A DNA stretch of 64,000 nt. Source: a virus (lineage: Duplodnaviria > Caudoviricetes). The stretch is taken from the IMG/VR virus record IMGVR_UViG_3300029998_000597. One strand, given 5' to 3'. The first letter of the stretch is position 1. Each line of letters starts with the position of its first letter. The notes under the pieces were generated by a model. The model saw only the letters and a program-made list of their open reading frames with translations, was not told the origin of the DNA and did no database searches. A program made the translations under genes and the position numbers. Shown here in pieces: positions 26,636-36,925 of the stretch.

Positions 26636-28060
26636 TTATAGGTATTTATTTATTAATTCCAATGCTTCATCTTTTGTTAAATCTGGATTTTCATACCAGG
26701 CATCTTGAATAACATCTAATAGTTCACCCATAAAAGGTGATGGCTTAACACCTAATCCAATTAGGTCACTCCCATTAATTGGTAAGTTTCTATTTGAATT
26801 ATTTATTTTAGAAGATAAATTATCAATTCTATCTCTAAGAATACCTATTTGATTAGGCATTGATGCTTCAGCTGTATGCGATATATTATCGGCGTGAATC
26901 AAGTCCAAAACCTGTTCGATATTATCACCAACAGTAGCTTTAAACTTTCGTAATGTTTTATCTAATAATTTATTTCCGTCATCACCGCCTTGTTTTAAAT
27001 ACATATGATTTTTAACTCCGCAAGCAACTATATCGATTATATCATTAGAATATTTTAAACGACTCATTATAGATCGCACTAATACTTCACTTTCTTTCTC
27101 ATGCCCCAAGAAATGAACTTCACCATTTTCGTCTATCGTTTTAGTAATAACCTTACCAATATCATGAAATAAAGCCATTAACCTTGTTTCCAAAACAGGA
27201 GGAGTATTATCCAGTACAGACATAGTATGTCCGAATACATCATTAATATGATATTTATTTTGTTTCATCCCAATAGTAGGGATTAACTCTTCAACAATAT
27301 AAGGTAATAGCCCAGTAACTTTCAATAACCGAATACCTTTAGCTGGATTATCAAATAATAATATTTTATTTAATTCGTCAGAAATACGTTCATTTGAAAT
27401 ATTATTTAACAAATATGCATTGTTTCTCATTACACGAATAGTATCTAAATCCAACTTGAAATTATATTTAACTGTAAACCGAACTGCGCGAAGCATTCTT
27501 AACCCATCCTGTTTAAATATTTCATCTGCATTTGATGTTGTTCGGATGATACCATTTTTAATATCATCGATACCATAACCAGTTAAATCAAGTATTTCAT
27601 TTGTTGAAACATTTTTTAGTAAAGAGTTGATTGTCAGATCACGACGAGAAACATCCACCTTTAAATCACCACCTACCACATCTGGTTTTCTTGAGTTAAT
27701 ATTATTATATGCTTCAGCCCTTGGAGCAACAAATTCTAAATCAATATTTGGTAAATTGAATACATTGTTATTTAAAGATAATTTTGAAGTTCCAAAACGT
27801 GGATAAATAACAGGATTTGAGTCCTCTTTATAATTGCCCAACTTGTTAGCAAGCCAAAATGAAAAGTTAATACCAGCATTGATATCTCCGTTAACTACAA
27901 AGTCAAGATCTTTAGCTGCCTTTCCCATCAACTCATCTCTCACTGCCCCGCCCGCCAAATAGATATTATTATCGTATTCGGTTCCAGCTATAAGATTTTT
28001 TAGGAAATCCAAGACTTCTTGTTCAAGTGTTCCTTCGGTTAAAACTTTTTTAATACTCAT
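26636..28060 (-). CDS. cca: CCA-adding enzyme / tRNA nucleotidyltransferase with HD domain
   Basis: GGAVRD..DLDF, RRDLTIN, DGLRMLRAVRF, ERI..EL, FHDIGK, GHE. Confidence 0.9.
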   Translation of the reverse strand: MSIKKVLTEGTLEQEVLDFLKNLIAGTEYDNNIYLAGGAVRDELMGKAAKDLDFVVNGDINAGINFSFWLANKLGNYKEDSNPVIYPRFGTSKLSLNNNVFNLPNIDLEFVAPRAEAYNNINSRKPDVVGGDLKVDVSRRDLTINSLLKNVSTNEILDLTGYGIDDIKNGIIRTTSNADEIFKQDGLRMLRAVRFTVKYNFKLDLDTIRVMRNNAYLLNNISNERISDELNKILLFDNPAKGIRLLKVTGLLPYIVEELIPTIGMKQNKYHINDVFGHTMSVLDNTPPVLETRLMALFHDIGKVITKTIDENGEVHFLGHEKESEVLVRSIMSRLKYSNDIIDIVACGVKNHMYLKQGGDDGNKLLDKTLRKFKATVGDNIEQVLDLIHADNISHTAEASMPNQIGILRDRIDNLSSKINNSNRNLPINGSDLIGLGVKPSPFMGELLDVIQDAWYENPDLTKDEALELINKYL

Positions 28061-29154
28061 CTTATTAGTTTATTTTTAAATTGTTTCTTAATTTCAGTCA
28101 TTTGGTCATTCGTCCCAAAAATCAATTTATTTAGGACATCTTTGTAATTAGATGAAATCCTATTATCAAGTTCGGAGTATACCATTGGTAAATATTCCTT
28201 CAATATACTTGGGACTGCGAAATAATGCATAAAATTTTCGGCAAACACCTCACTATGTTTACCAATATAATAGGAGCTACTGGCGTAAGTGATTGTTTTT
28301 GCATAACCCTCGTATTCACCTGAGATTCTGTGATCAAAATGGTGGCCAATCTCATGTATTAATGTATCAAGATCGATTATATTAGGTACTGTTATAATGC
28401 CAGCAACGTAATCAGCAAAATTACCTGGGCCGCCATCATATTCCCTTCTCTCAACTTTAAAATCAAAAATTTTTGATAGGTATTCAACATCCTCAACACT
28501 TGCAATTTTACCAGAAAGTTTCATAGCTGGAAATTCTCTTAATTGGAATATTCTATAGGCATATTTAACATAATTATCAAAGCTCATAAAATCATTCTTC
28601 TCTTTAATATTTTCTAAACTTGCATTATCTATAAATGACTGGTCCAAATCAACCGAATCGTAATCTATACCAAATTTATCTTTTAATACTTGTTTATATT
28701 TTCCATATCTTTCATTATTTGGATCTATTGAAATAATATCAATATACTGTTGTGCTTCCTCGTTATCCGATTCGAACCGAGATTCATTTATAGTTAACAA
28801 CCCACTAAATTTATTAAAATTTTCTTTCATTTCAGTTAAACCCTCCGATTTTTCACCATCAAGTTCCTTTTGCGCCCAATTTTTTGGTTTCGAAGCTGTA
28901 TAATAATCCAAGTTTTCTATTAAATGTTGTAATGCAATTATTTTCTGGAACTGAGTGTCCTCTAACGTATGCTCACGCTCTATTTGCTGCCCTATTTTGA
29001 GACTTTTTAATACATCCTTATCATCTACGTCATTTAACTCCGCAATGAGCGATATAGCCTTTGAAATCATTTTTTCAATATAGACCTGGTGAACTCCATT
29101 CTTCTTTGAATTAAAAATCGAATATAAGTAGTCAACTATTTCTTCTTTTGTCAT
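28057..29154 (-). CDS. DUF5661-like N-terminus fused to a zincin (HExxH) domain
   Basis: GQQIEREHT..ALQHL..YY; IHEIGHH..EVFAE; start placed at 29154 because TATTTATA lies at 29177-29184 (track gives 29256). Confidence 0.6.
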   Translation of the reverse strand: MTKEEIVDYLYSIFNSKKNGVHQVYIEKMISKAISLIAELNDVDDKDVLKSLKIGQQIEREHTLEDTQFQKIIALQHLIENLDYYTASKPKNWAQKELDGEKSEGLTEMKENFNKFSGLLTINESRFESDNEEAQQYIDIISIDPNNERYGKYKQVLKDKFGIDYDSVDLDQSFIDNASLENIKEKNDFMSFDNYVKYAYRIFQLREFPAMKLSGKIASVEDVEYLSKIFDFKVERREYDGGPGNFADYVAGIITVPNIIDLDTLIHEIGHHFDHRISGEYEGYAKTITYASSSYYIGKHSEVFAENFMHYFAVPSILKEYLPMVYSELDNRISSNYKDVLNKLIFGTNDQMTEIKKQFKNKLIR

Positions 29155-29271
29155 AATAATGATTGGTATATGTTTATATAAATAGTCATGAAATAGAAAA
29201 AGATACCTTTTTAGGGTATCTTTTGCAAATGTAGTGGAAATTTTTAATTTCGACAAATAAATTAACTTATG

Positions 29272-30747
29272 TTATGTTATTATTGATTCATATGGGTTAA
29301 TTGGTAATATATCCTTAGAAAATAATTCAGTGCTCCAACGTCTACCCATTCTATATTCAGAATTCTCAACTAATATAAATTGTTCTTTATTATAACAATT
29401 CAATAACGTATCATTATATACCCAAATAGCTTCAATTTTATTTATTTCCCCATTTGATTTTGATTTTAATGCTCCCATTCTTATATTTAATTTTCTTGAT
29501 GTTATTCCAATTTTATAATATTTACCATCATTAATTTTTAAATAATACAATATAGCAGGTTTTTCCCCAATTTTGGGATTTTCAATAAATATTGTTGAGT
29601 TATAACCCCCAACTAATTTATTATCTTTAATCAATTGTTCAATTCCACATTCAATACACCCTTGTCCCGATAAATGTTTTTGAGCTGATTTTGTAAATAT
29701 CCCGTGCTCAGGACAACATATTTTAATTTTACTTTTTTTATTTTTATAAATTTTTTCGTTTTCTATTGGATATGTATATTTATCCCCATGTACGATTTTA
29801 ATTTGTTCTATAGCATTAGCATAAGATTTTGTTCTATTTTTTGCCGAACTTTCCTTACCGCATTTGGGGCATCCACAGGTATTATTTAATAAAATTAAAT
29901 TTCTGGCAATAGTCTCAAAATTACCATGTTCTGGACAATAAGCCAAAATATTGGTTTTAGTAAGTCCATGCCATTCTCCTATTAACTTTAATGTTAATCT
30001 ATCCCCATGTTTATCAAAAACCCTTTTTTTTAAATCATCAAAGCTTACAGGTGGTTTAGGTTTTCTATTTTTGATCGATTTATAAGCTGAAGATCTATTT
30101 TCACTCCAGCATTCCATACAACCATATTTACTATTTAAATGTTTATCTGGTGATTGTGAAAATACTCCGTGTTCTGGGCAAATTATATCAACATGTATTT
30201 TTGCTGATATATATTCTACTAAAGAATAATCAAATTTATTACCATGTTTTTTAACTGCATTTTCTATAAATTTTTGTTTTTCTGTTTCATTTTTATGATC
30301 TGTTTCTTTATGAATTTCTTTAAATGAAAAAGCATAACACGATGGACACGGATACTCGGCGTTTAAATGATTTGTTGGTGATTGCTCAAATACTCCATGT
30401 TCTGGACATATAATTTTTACTTTTGTTTTGTAGTGTTGATAGTCAACCAAGGAATAGTCAAACTTATTATTATGTTTTAAATTTGCATTATTAATAAAAA
30501 TATCTTTTTCAATAATTCTTGATTTTTTATTTTTATCATCAATAGCACATTTTGGGCATCCAAAGATATATCTTAAATGATGAGTTGGCGTTTGGGTAAA
30601 AATTCCATGATCTGGACAGATAATATCTACTGGAATTTTAGCTGTTTTAAAATTAACCAAAGAATAGTCAAATTTATTATCATATTTTAAATTTGCATTC
30701 TTAATAAACGTTGCTTTTCTAATTTCTATATTATTACTTCTGGGCAT
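29272..30747 (-). CDS. CPxHG zinc-repeat endonuclease with GIY-YIG-like C-terminus
   Basis: 5 CPxHG repeats; LYYLKI...YKIGIT..R..EQ. Confidence 0.7.
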   Translation of the reverse strand: MPRSNNIEIRKATFIKNANLKYDNKFDYSLVNFKTAKIPVDIICPDHGIFTQTPTHHLRYIFGCPKCAIDDKNKKSRIIEKDIFINNANLKHNNKFDYSLVDYQHYKTKVKIICPEHGVFEQSPTNHLNAEYPCPSCYAFSFKEIHKETDHKNETEKQKFIENAVKKHGNKFDYSLVEYISAKIHVDIICPEHGVFSQSPDKHLNSKYGCMECWSENRSSAYKSIKNRKPKPPVSFDDLKKRVFDKHGDRLTLKLIGEWHGLTKTNILAYCPEHGNFETIARNLILLNNTCGCPKCGKESSAKNRTKSYANAIEQIKIVHGDKYTYPIENEKIYKNKKSKIKICCPEHGIFTKSAQKHLSGQGCIECGIEQLIKDNKLVGGYNSTIFIENPKIGEKPAILYYLKINDGKYYKIGITSRKLNIRMGALKSKSNGEINKIEAIWVYNDTLLNCYNKEQFILVENSEYRMGRRWSTELFSKDILPINPYESIIT

Positions 30748-30883
30748 TTAAATCGTTTTTCATCAAACTTATTATTCTCTTAGATAATGTATACCCATTA
30801 TCATCACAAAAGTTTTTATACTTCTCTTTAAAGTCAACACTTGTTCTGATCACGAAGTGTGTGTTTTTTAATTGTTTATCCAT
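30734..30883 (-). CDS. ribbon-helix-helix protein, 49 aa (not in ORF track)
   Basis: MDKQLKNTHFVIRTSVDFKEKYKNFCDDNGYTLSKRIISLMKNDLNAQK; overlaps the nuclease start; TATTTATA at 30913-30920. Confidence 0.7.
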   Translation of the reverse strand: MDKQLKNTHFVIRTSVDFKEKYKNFCDDNGYTLSKRIISLMKNDLNAQK

Positions 30884-30965
30884 ATTTGTTTTTGTTGGTA
30901 CGATTATTTTAATATAAATACATAAAATATTAATAAAATATCATATTTTCCTGAATTATTTTAAT

Positions 30966-30998
30966 AAAAAAAAGAGTTTACCAGTTAAGATAAACTCT
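30966..30998 (-). terminator. terminator after the NAMPT-like gene
   Basis: AGAGTTTA/TAAACTCT stem with U-tract on the - strand. Confidence 0.6.
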
Positions 30999-31018
30999 CC
31001 CATTATTTTTATTTATAG

Positions 31019-32686
31019 TTACGCTTTATTTATCTTTTCCCGAATTTCTGTTAAAGTTGTCCTTGAGATAAACTCTCCATTTTCAAAGATGAGTTTTAAT
31101 TCGCCTTGTCCTTCCTCTTCCCACGTACATTCATTTTTCAACTTATATGACCCATCAGAATCTTTATAAACTTGAAGTAAACCTTTAGCTGACTTTTTTA
31201 GCCCACGGTCTGTAACTGGATCTTTAAATATATTAACTCCAATTGTTTCAATCTCATTTGTTAAATCATTTATTTTTTCGATTTCGATAAATGTGGATTT
31301 TACAGCCCCTCCTTGATTATCGCGTGTACAGTAACCCATTGAAAATGATCCAGTTCCAAGCGTTATATTAGTAGTCGCAAAGCCTTTTTCTTTTAGTCTC
31401 TTACATATTTGTTCTGCCCTGTCCAGTGTAATGGCATCTCCGTAAACGCACCCGATAAATTTTGAAAGAACTTTAAAACCTTGATCATTTATATTACCTC
31501 CAAATATATCCCAAAGTAATTCAACTAACCCTTTATTCTCAGATATTGGTTCTATTTGGTTCCATGTACAATCAAGATATCCAAATCCTTTTGGTGTAAG
31601 TTCAAAATACACTTTATCAGATGTAACAATAAATTTAGCCCCATCTTTATTCTCATGAATATTCATTAAAGTGTAAACTTCTTTATGTGCTTCTGAATCA
31701 ATAACTAAATCAGATGATTTAAAATCTACTTGGTATGCGTTTCCACAGATAATATCCACTGGATTCCCCGAATCAGGGCGGATAATTAACTTACCATCAC
31801 GAGCAAGAATTGATTCTTTTAATTCTGGTAAAAATTTTGTCACAACTTGCCAAAGATCATATTGGTCTGATACTACAGATAATAATCCAGTTGGGAATAT
31901 TTTGATAAGCCTTTTAAACCCATCTATCTCATTTTCTTTTCCATAGGATGTCATACAGCTATGTTCAGAGGCTGGTATACTGAATCCAATATTCCTATCA
32001 CCATAATAATAAGCTACCGATTGTAATGCTGGAATAGTATCAGTTCCCCAAAATGAGGTTAAAAATCCCATACTTGAACTAATTGCAGCTTCAGGATGTT
32101 GCATTCCGCGAAAACTGAAATCGTGGGCTTGAAAGTTTACTCCAAATAAATTTTCTTTATCAGTTTCTTCAGCATTTTTTAGTAAAATTTGTTTATAAGC
32201 ATAAGCCATAGATGCAGAGTGTATAGTTTTCCAAATTAAACTAGAAACTAAGGTCTCAAGAAAATTAGTTAGCCAAAAGAAATCAGGGTGAGTATTACAT
32301 ATTGTTAGCATTGGGATATTTTCTCCAATTATAGTACCTTCTGGTAAAGCTTTAACCCTGATTGGTAAATAGCCTAAATCATATAATTTTTCAAAATGTG
32401 TAACATCAAAATCAGTACTAAGATATTGTGATAAAAATTCTTTAGCCTCACCAATTACTTTTTCTTTTGGTTGTCCAAAAAAATTGTTGTCATATAAGTC
32501 TTTAATATATTGGATCGTATATTGAATACCGAATACAACTATTTTCTTTGCCTGATCTGGCATTCTGGCTACATTTCTGGTAGTATAGTTAGAATATACT
32601 AAACTGGTACCTTCGGTGTACATTTTTACATGAGAAGTCTTGTATCCATCTTCCATTAGAAGAGGATTTTGAATTAATTTTGTCAT
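31019..32686 (-). CDS. nadV: nicotinamide phosphoribosyltransferase-like (probable NARP1 Namat)
   Basis: DGYKTSH, HDFSFRG, PASEHS, VVSDQYD, IRPDSG, YGDAIT, FKDPVTD..KKSAKG. Confidence 0.9.
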   Translation of the reverse strand: MTKLIQNPLLMEDGYKTSHVKMYTEGTSLVYSNYTTRNVARMPDQAKKIVVFGIQYTIQYIKDLYDNNFFGQPKEKVIGEAKEFLSQYLSTDFDVTHFEKLYDLGYLPIRVKALPEGTIIGENIPMLTICNTHPDFFWLTNFLETLVSSLIWKTIHSASMAYAYKQILLKNAEETDKENLFGVNFQAHDFSFRGMQHPEAAISSSMGFLTSFWGTDTIPALQSVAYYYGDRNIGFSIPASEHSCMTSYGKENEIDGFKRLIKIFPTGLLSVVSDQYDLWQVVTKFLPELKESILARDGKLIIRPDSGNPVDIICGNAYQVDFKSSDLVIDSEAHKEVYTLMNIHENKDGAKFIVTSDKVYFELTPKGFGYLDCTWNQIEPISENKGLVELLWDIFGGNINDQGFKVLSKFIGCVYGDAITLDRAEQICKRLKEKGFATTNITLGTGSFSMGYCTRDNQGGAVKSTFIEIEKINDLTNEIETIGVNIFKDPVTDRGLKKSAKGLLQVYKDSDGSYKLKNECTWEEEGQGELKLIFENGEFISRTTLTEIREKINKA

Positions 32687-32714
32687 TTTATTTTAGTTTT
32701 TTTATAATTTTAAT

Positions 32715-33671
32715 TTAATAATTAGATAATAATTTACTTGGGTGAACTGAGTTCACGCCGATTGATTTATATTTTTCAAGCACTTGGTGGTCATCATCAA
32801 CAACCATACAATCACATACATTTAACTTAAGTTTTTTAATTAGCTGTTGTAGAAATACGTGTTTGTACTTACGGTTTCCAACAAAGTATATGTTTTCCAT
32901 TTTGATAAAATTTGCATTCCAATAAAGCCATTCCATTTTTTCGTTATTAGCAATACTATTTGGGGAAGCGCTGACAACATAAATTTCTTTACCGCTATCA
33001 GATAGTTTTTTAATTTTTTCAATAACTTCTTTTACTGGTTTCCCTTTCAGGAAAACCGAATATTGAACGAAGTCAATATTACCATATGTATCAGCTTGTA
33101 AATTCTGATATTCAGCAAGGGTTCCGTCCAAATCCACAAATATATGACTGTCAGTGAAGTAGTCAACCTGTTCAAACTCATCCGCTAACAGTTTTAATTT
33201 CACAACAGATACTTGTAGTTTATATGCCTTATCAATGATAGCATCGGCTTTTACAAAACGTTCACCATATTCATACCTATATTGGTTTCTTTCAATACAT
33301 ACTTCAACTGGTGTATTGATAAAAACAACCTTGATATGATAATCTAACTTTTTTAATTCAGCAATGATATTAACAGTATAGTTATTATTAATACCACCAC
33401 CATCCATAACCAAATTGAATCCTCTTTCAGCAACTTCAAACACCTTTTCTTTTGCCAATTTCACACATTCTTCATGAATTAACTCTGGGTGTTCTGGGTC
33501 ATAGTCTGGATGATTTAATCTAATTTCATCTGCTGAAACCAATACATATTGGTTTTCTTGCAAAATAAAAATTTTACCTAGTGAACAGCTGTTAACAACT
33601 GAAAGTTTGGATTCTATAAGTTTAGTTTTCCCACTTCCTGGCAATCCAAGCATAAATATTGCTTCTTTCAT
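32715..33671 (-). CDS. pseT: polynucleotide kinase/3'-phosphatase-like (P-loop + HAD)
   Basis: GLPGSGKT; DLDGTLA; VDDD; T4 PseT domain order. Confidence 0.7.
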   Translation of the reverse strand: MKEAIFMLGLPGSGKTKLIESKLSVVNSCSLGKIFILQENQYVLVSADEIRLNHPDYDPEHPELIHEECVKLAKEKVFEVAERGFNLVMDGGGINNNYTVNIIAELKKLDYHIKVVFINTPVEVCIERNQYRYEYGERFVKADAIIDKAYKLQVSVVKLKLLADEFEQVDYFTDSHIFVDLDGTLAEYQNLQADTYGNIDFVQYSVFLKGKPVKEVIEKIKKLSDSGKEIYVVSASPNSIANNEKMEWLYWNANFIKMENIYFVGNRKYKHVFLQQLIKKLKLNVCDCMVVDDDHQVLEKYKSIGVNSVHPSKLLSNY

Positions 33672-34495
33672 AGTTTTAAATTAAATATTTTTACTCGTTC
33701 ATTTTCAATATTACATCTGCTGTCAGTTGTAAATATCATTTCAAATTCTTTTAATAAGTCTTCAACTGGATCACTAAAACCACCGTTATTTAAAACTCCG
33801 TGAGAAATTGCTAGATAACACTTGTTTTTAATCTGTGTTTTTATTTTCAAAAATGTTCGGCCACCCAAAGCAATATCATCTAAAATCAAAACAGTTTTAT
33901 TTTCATCAAATACAGGAACTTTTGTTGTAATTTCACCATTATCTCTGGATTTTGAACACGACTCAATTTGTCCTTGAAAATTAATTTTCTTACATAATTT
34001 AAATATTTTTTTGTAAGAACCAGCATCGGTTGCGAGAATGATCATATCTTGTTCAGCAATGTCATTCTTGTTTAAAATATAATCTAAAACATTCTCAACG
34101 AATTCCGAATTATCAATCACCTCACAATTATTTAATAATGCTGGAGTAACCTCCGAATGAGGATCGAAGACATACACTTTATTTAATTCCATCGAATTAA
34201 TTAAGTTACAAACAGTTTTCAGGCTGAAACATTCGCCAACACCAAAATTTCTATCCGCTTGTTGATATGCCATATATGGAATAAACAAATTTATTTTAAC
34301 ACGATTATTATCTTTTTTAATTGTATCAACAACCAATAATAGAAACATAATATCATCTGAAGATTTTAAATTCGCTTTTATTGTTATATCTTCAATAATT
34401 CTAATTTTTAATTGAAAATGAATTTCACCTCCTGGAAATTTCCAAGCCTTATACTGCAAATTCTCGCAGATCCCGTTCGTTAAATCTAATACCAT
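33668..34495 (-). CDS. prs: ribose-phosphate pyrophosphokinase-like (probable NARP1 Adps)
   Basis: KFPGGE, PYMAYQQADR, FDPHS, TDAGS, ILDDIALGGRTF, SHG. Confidence 0.85.
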   Translation of the reverse strand: MVLDLTNGICENLQYKAWKFPGGEIHFQLKIRIIEDITIKANLKSSDDIMFLLLVVDTIKKDNNRVKINLFIPYMAYQQADRNFGVGECFSLKTVCNLINSMELNKVYVFDPHSEVTPALLNNCEVIDNSEFVENVLDYILNKNDIAEQDMIILATDAGSYKKIFKLCKKINFQGQIESCSKSRDNGEITTKVPVFDENKTVLILDDIALGGRTFLKIKTQIKNKCYLAISHGVLNNGGFSDPVEDLLKEFEMIFTTDSRCNIENERVKIFNLKL

Positions 34496-34524
34496 TATTT
34501 TATTTATTTTAAATTATTATTTTT

Positions 34525-34971
34525 TTAAACTAAACATGGCTTAATCCATGATTTTTCTTCATCATCTTTGATATATATTATTTCAGATTTACCTAAATGT
34601 GTTACAACCTCATAGTAATCTGTGTTTATATTTGTTATATATTTTTTAGCTTCCAACGTAATAGCAAAAAAACAATCGACTGGAAACCAATATTCTTTTA
34701 AATGTTTTTCATCTTCAATTGAATAAAAACACATCCCACTTCTAATATATGTTATTTTTAATAAACGAACGCATTCAAATTCACAGTCAAAATAATAAAA
34801 CTCACCACCAACCTTCAGATATTCTTTTGACATATACTTATGTGGCTTTATTTTAATTTTTTTCTCGTCATTAAAAATAAACATCATTTTATCAACATCA
34901 TTTAAATCTATTTCCATAACTATTCTGTTTTTAAAATGTTTTTTTGAAATTACAAGTAAAGCGAATAACAT
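34525..34971 (-). CDS. hypothetical protein
   Basis: ORF in the - run; start uncertain. Confidence 0.6.
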   Translation of the reverse strand: MLFALLVISKKHFKNRIVMEIDLNDVDKMMFIFNDEKKIKIKPHKYMSKEYLKVGGEFYYFDCEFECVRLLKITYIRSGMCFYSIEDEKHLKEYWFPVDCFFAITLEAKKYITNINTDYYEVVTHLGKSEIIYIKDDEEKSWIKPCLV

Positions 34972-35113
34972 CTATCCTATCATGATAATCATCTGTTTTA
35001 TAATCGGAGCAGTGTTCACAACCAGCAGTATAACCCGCACTACCAATAAATTTACCATCCACGTTTGGACATATTTCTGGTGTCCCATAAGGACTTAATT
35101 CATATTTTTTCAT
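34931..35113 (-). CDS. small Cys-rich protein
   Basis: 60 aa; CP...CEHC. Confidence 0.6.
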   Translation of the reverse strand: MKKYELSPYGTPEICPNVDGKFIGSAGYTAGCEHCSDYKTDDYHDRIDVIRFTCNFKKTF

Positions 35114-35114
35114 C

Positions 35115-36155
35115 TTAAATTATTTCTTTATATTCAGTTTTTGGTAAATTTCCACTTAAAATAGCATTTCCACAGGTGATTAATCCATTATCTTCATCAT
35201 AGCTTGGTACAAATACAATAACATCAAAACCAACACGTTTTAACTCAGTTTCTTTTTGTTTATAGGGTGTAAATGCATCATATCCACCTGTTGTTTCAAT
35301 ATTGTTTTCAATACAACTGTTTGTTTTATGTAATGGTGTTAGTTTGCATATGAATTTATTAGGATCAAACAATTTAAGTAATACATCAGCATCCAACGTA
35401 TATTCATCGGCCAATGCAAAATTCAAAGCATATTTTCTTCCAACTGGTTCTGGTAACATTTTACCTATTTCAGATATTTCTTCTAATGACAGACTATTAT
35501 TAGAGAACATATCATTCCTTTGTTCGTTATCGGTTGAGTTTATTGAAAATTGTAACCCAGCATCCCCATTATATAATTTATTTTTAATATCATTACACCA
35601 AATCAATAAAAATTTAATCAAATTTTTATTCGCTTTTGGAAGCATTGTTGATATTACTGGGTGAATTGCACCAGAACCTTCCCAAAAATCATAGATATTT
35701 CTATGTAAACAAGTTGCAAGATCCAGTACGTTACCATTCCACGTCGGCTCTCCCATACGAGCCAGATGTAAATTTAATCGTTTAGTTGATTTAATCTCTG
35801 GGTGTAAAGCTAAAGCAGATAATATTTGATCCAGCATATCATGATAGGTAGCATTTAATCCAGGCCCAACCTTTGGAACATCACAAAACTTGCAATTCAT
35901 AGAGCAACCATATTGGGTGCTTATGGTTATAACAAATTTTTCTGTTAACGGCATTATTTCACCATTTGGAACACCATTCAATTCTCTTGAAATACCAAGA
36001 AAATCAGCTTTTATATTAGCGTTTTTACCATAATCACCAACAGTTAAAAACTCTAACAAGCCTTTTTCACCTTGCATAATACAAATGTTTCCCGTTGGGA
36101 CTTCAATGTTTCTTAAAACTTTATTAATCATTAATTTATTTTTTATATAAGACAA
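35115..36155 (-). CDS. RlmN/Cfr-like radical SAM enzyme
   Basis: ISTQYGCSMNCKFC, MGEP, IST, QFSINS, C-terminal TCG. Confidence 0.75.
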   Translation of the reverse strand: MSYIKNKLMINKVLRNIEVPTGNICIMQGEKGLLEFLTVGDYGKNANIKADFLGISRELNGVPNGEIMPLTEKFVITISTQYGCSMNCKFCDVPKVGPGLNATYHDMLDQILSALALHPEIKSTKRLNLHLARMGEPTWNGNVLDLATCLHRNIYDFWEGSGAIHPVISTMLPKANKNLIKFLLIWCNDIKNKLYNGDAGLQFSINSTDNEQRNDMFSNNSLSLEEISEIGKMLPEPVGRKYALNFALADEYTLDADVLLKLFDPNKFICKLTPLHKTNSCIENNIETTGGYDAFTPYKQKETELKRVGFDVIVFVPSYDEDNGLITCGNAILSGNLPKTEYKEII

Positions 36156-36663
36156 GTGTTACATAACAATCTTTTAATTCTATCTCTATAATTTGACGAA
36201 TGATATTTATATCACCACCAGCAAGGCCACCACAAATTAAAGGCATTACAACTTTCAATCCTTTAAATTTATAATTAATTTTTCTAAGACATAAAGTTAA
36301 TGCTTCATAGTCTGCAGGTCTATCAGTCCAATCTAAATGATTTTTACCATAGTGAAATTGCGAATAGCAATTAACGACATATAAATCACGTCCTTTAGTA
36401 CTATCTGGTAGCCAAGTATTAGGTTCGCCATCAACAATAGTGAATAATTGCCAATCAATTTGACCAAGCTTATTAATATCACCTTTACCAGTTAATTCCA
36501 TTGGAAACGTATCTGTACCAAAATACTTCTTGAATGGTATTACTATTCCAGCCCCCTGGGTACAAAAAGCGTTAACTCCTTGAAGTGTAACATCATACTG
36601 TTCACTAAATATTTCTTTAAATAAATCTCCCTCTATTTCTTTATATTTTTCTTTATTCTCCAT
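36136..36663 (-). CDS. macrodomain protein (ADP-ribose binding/hydrolase)
   Basis: EGDLF, GVNAF..QGAGI, VVNCYSQ, DYEAL, MPLICGGLAGGD. Confidence 0.8.
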   Translation of the reverse strand: MENKEKYKEIEGDLFKEIFSEQYDVTLQGVNAFCTQGAGIVIPFKKYFGTDTFPMELTGKGDINKLGQIDWQLFTIVDGEPNTWLPDSTKGRDLYVVNCYSQFHYGKNHLDWTDRPADYEALTLCLRKINYKFKGLKVVMPLICGGLAGGDINIIRQIIEIELKDCYVTLVLYKK

Positions 36664-36923
36664 TTCAAAATTTTTATAATTATTTTATAGGAATATGATT
36701 TATTTACTTTTGGTCTATTTTTAAGTAAATCCATTAATAATTCCAACACTTTATCGGGGTTTTTCACATAAAACGCTTGTGGAATAAACAAAATATTCCT
36801 AACCCATATTTGGAAATCAGTTGGTATGATATAATTCCAAATAAAATATAAAATACCCAGTAAGAATGGTATGATAACAAACGTCCAAAAAATCATTCCT
36901 GTTATAATTAAAAATTGTTCCAT
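36633..36923 (-). CDS. membrane hypothetical protein
   Basis: N-terminal hydrophobic helix. Confidence 0.65.
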   Translation of the reverse strand: MEQFLIITGMIFWTFVIIPFLLGILYFIWNYIIPTDFQIWVRNILFIPQAFYVKNPDKVLELLMDLLKNRPKVNKSYSYKIIIKILKWRIKKNIKK

Positions 36924-36925
36924 TA

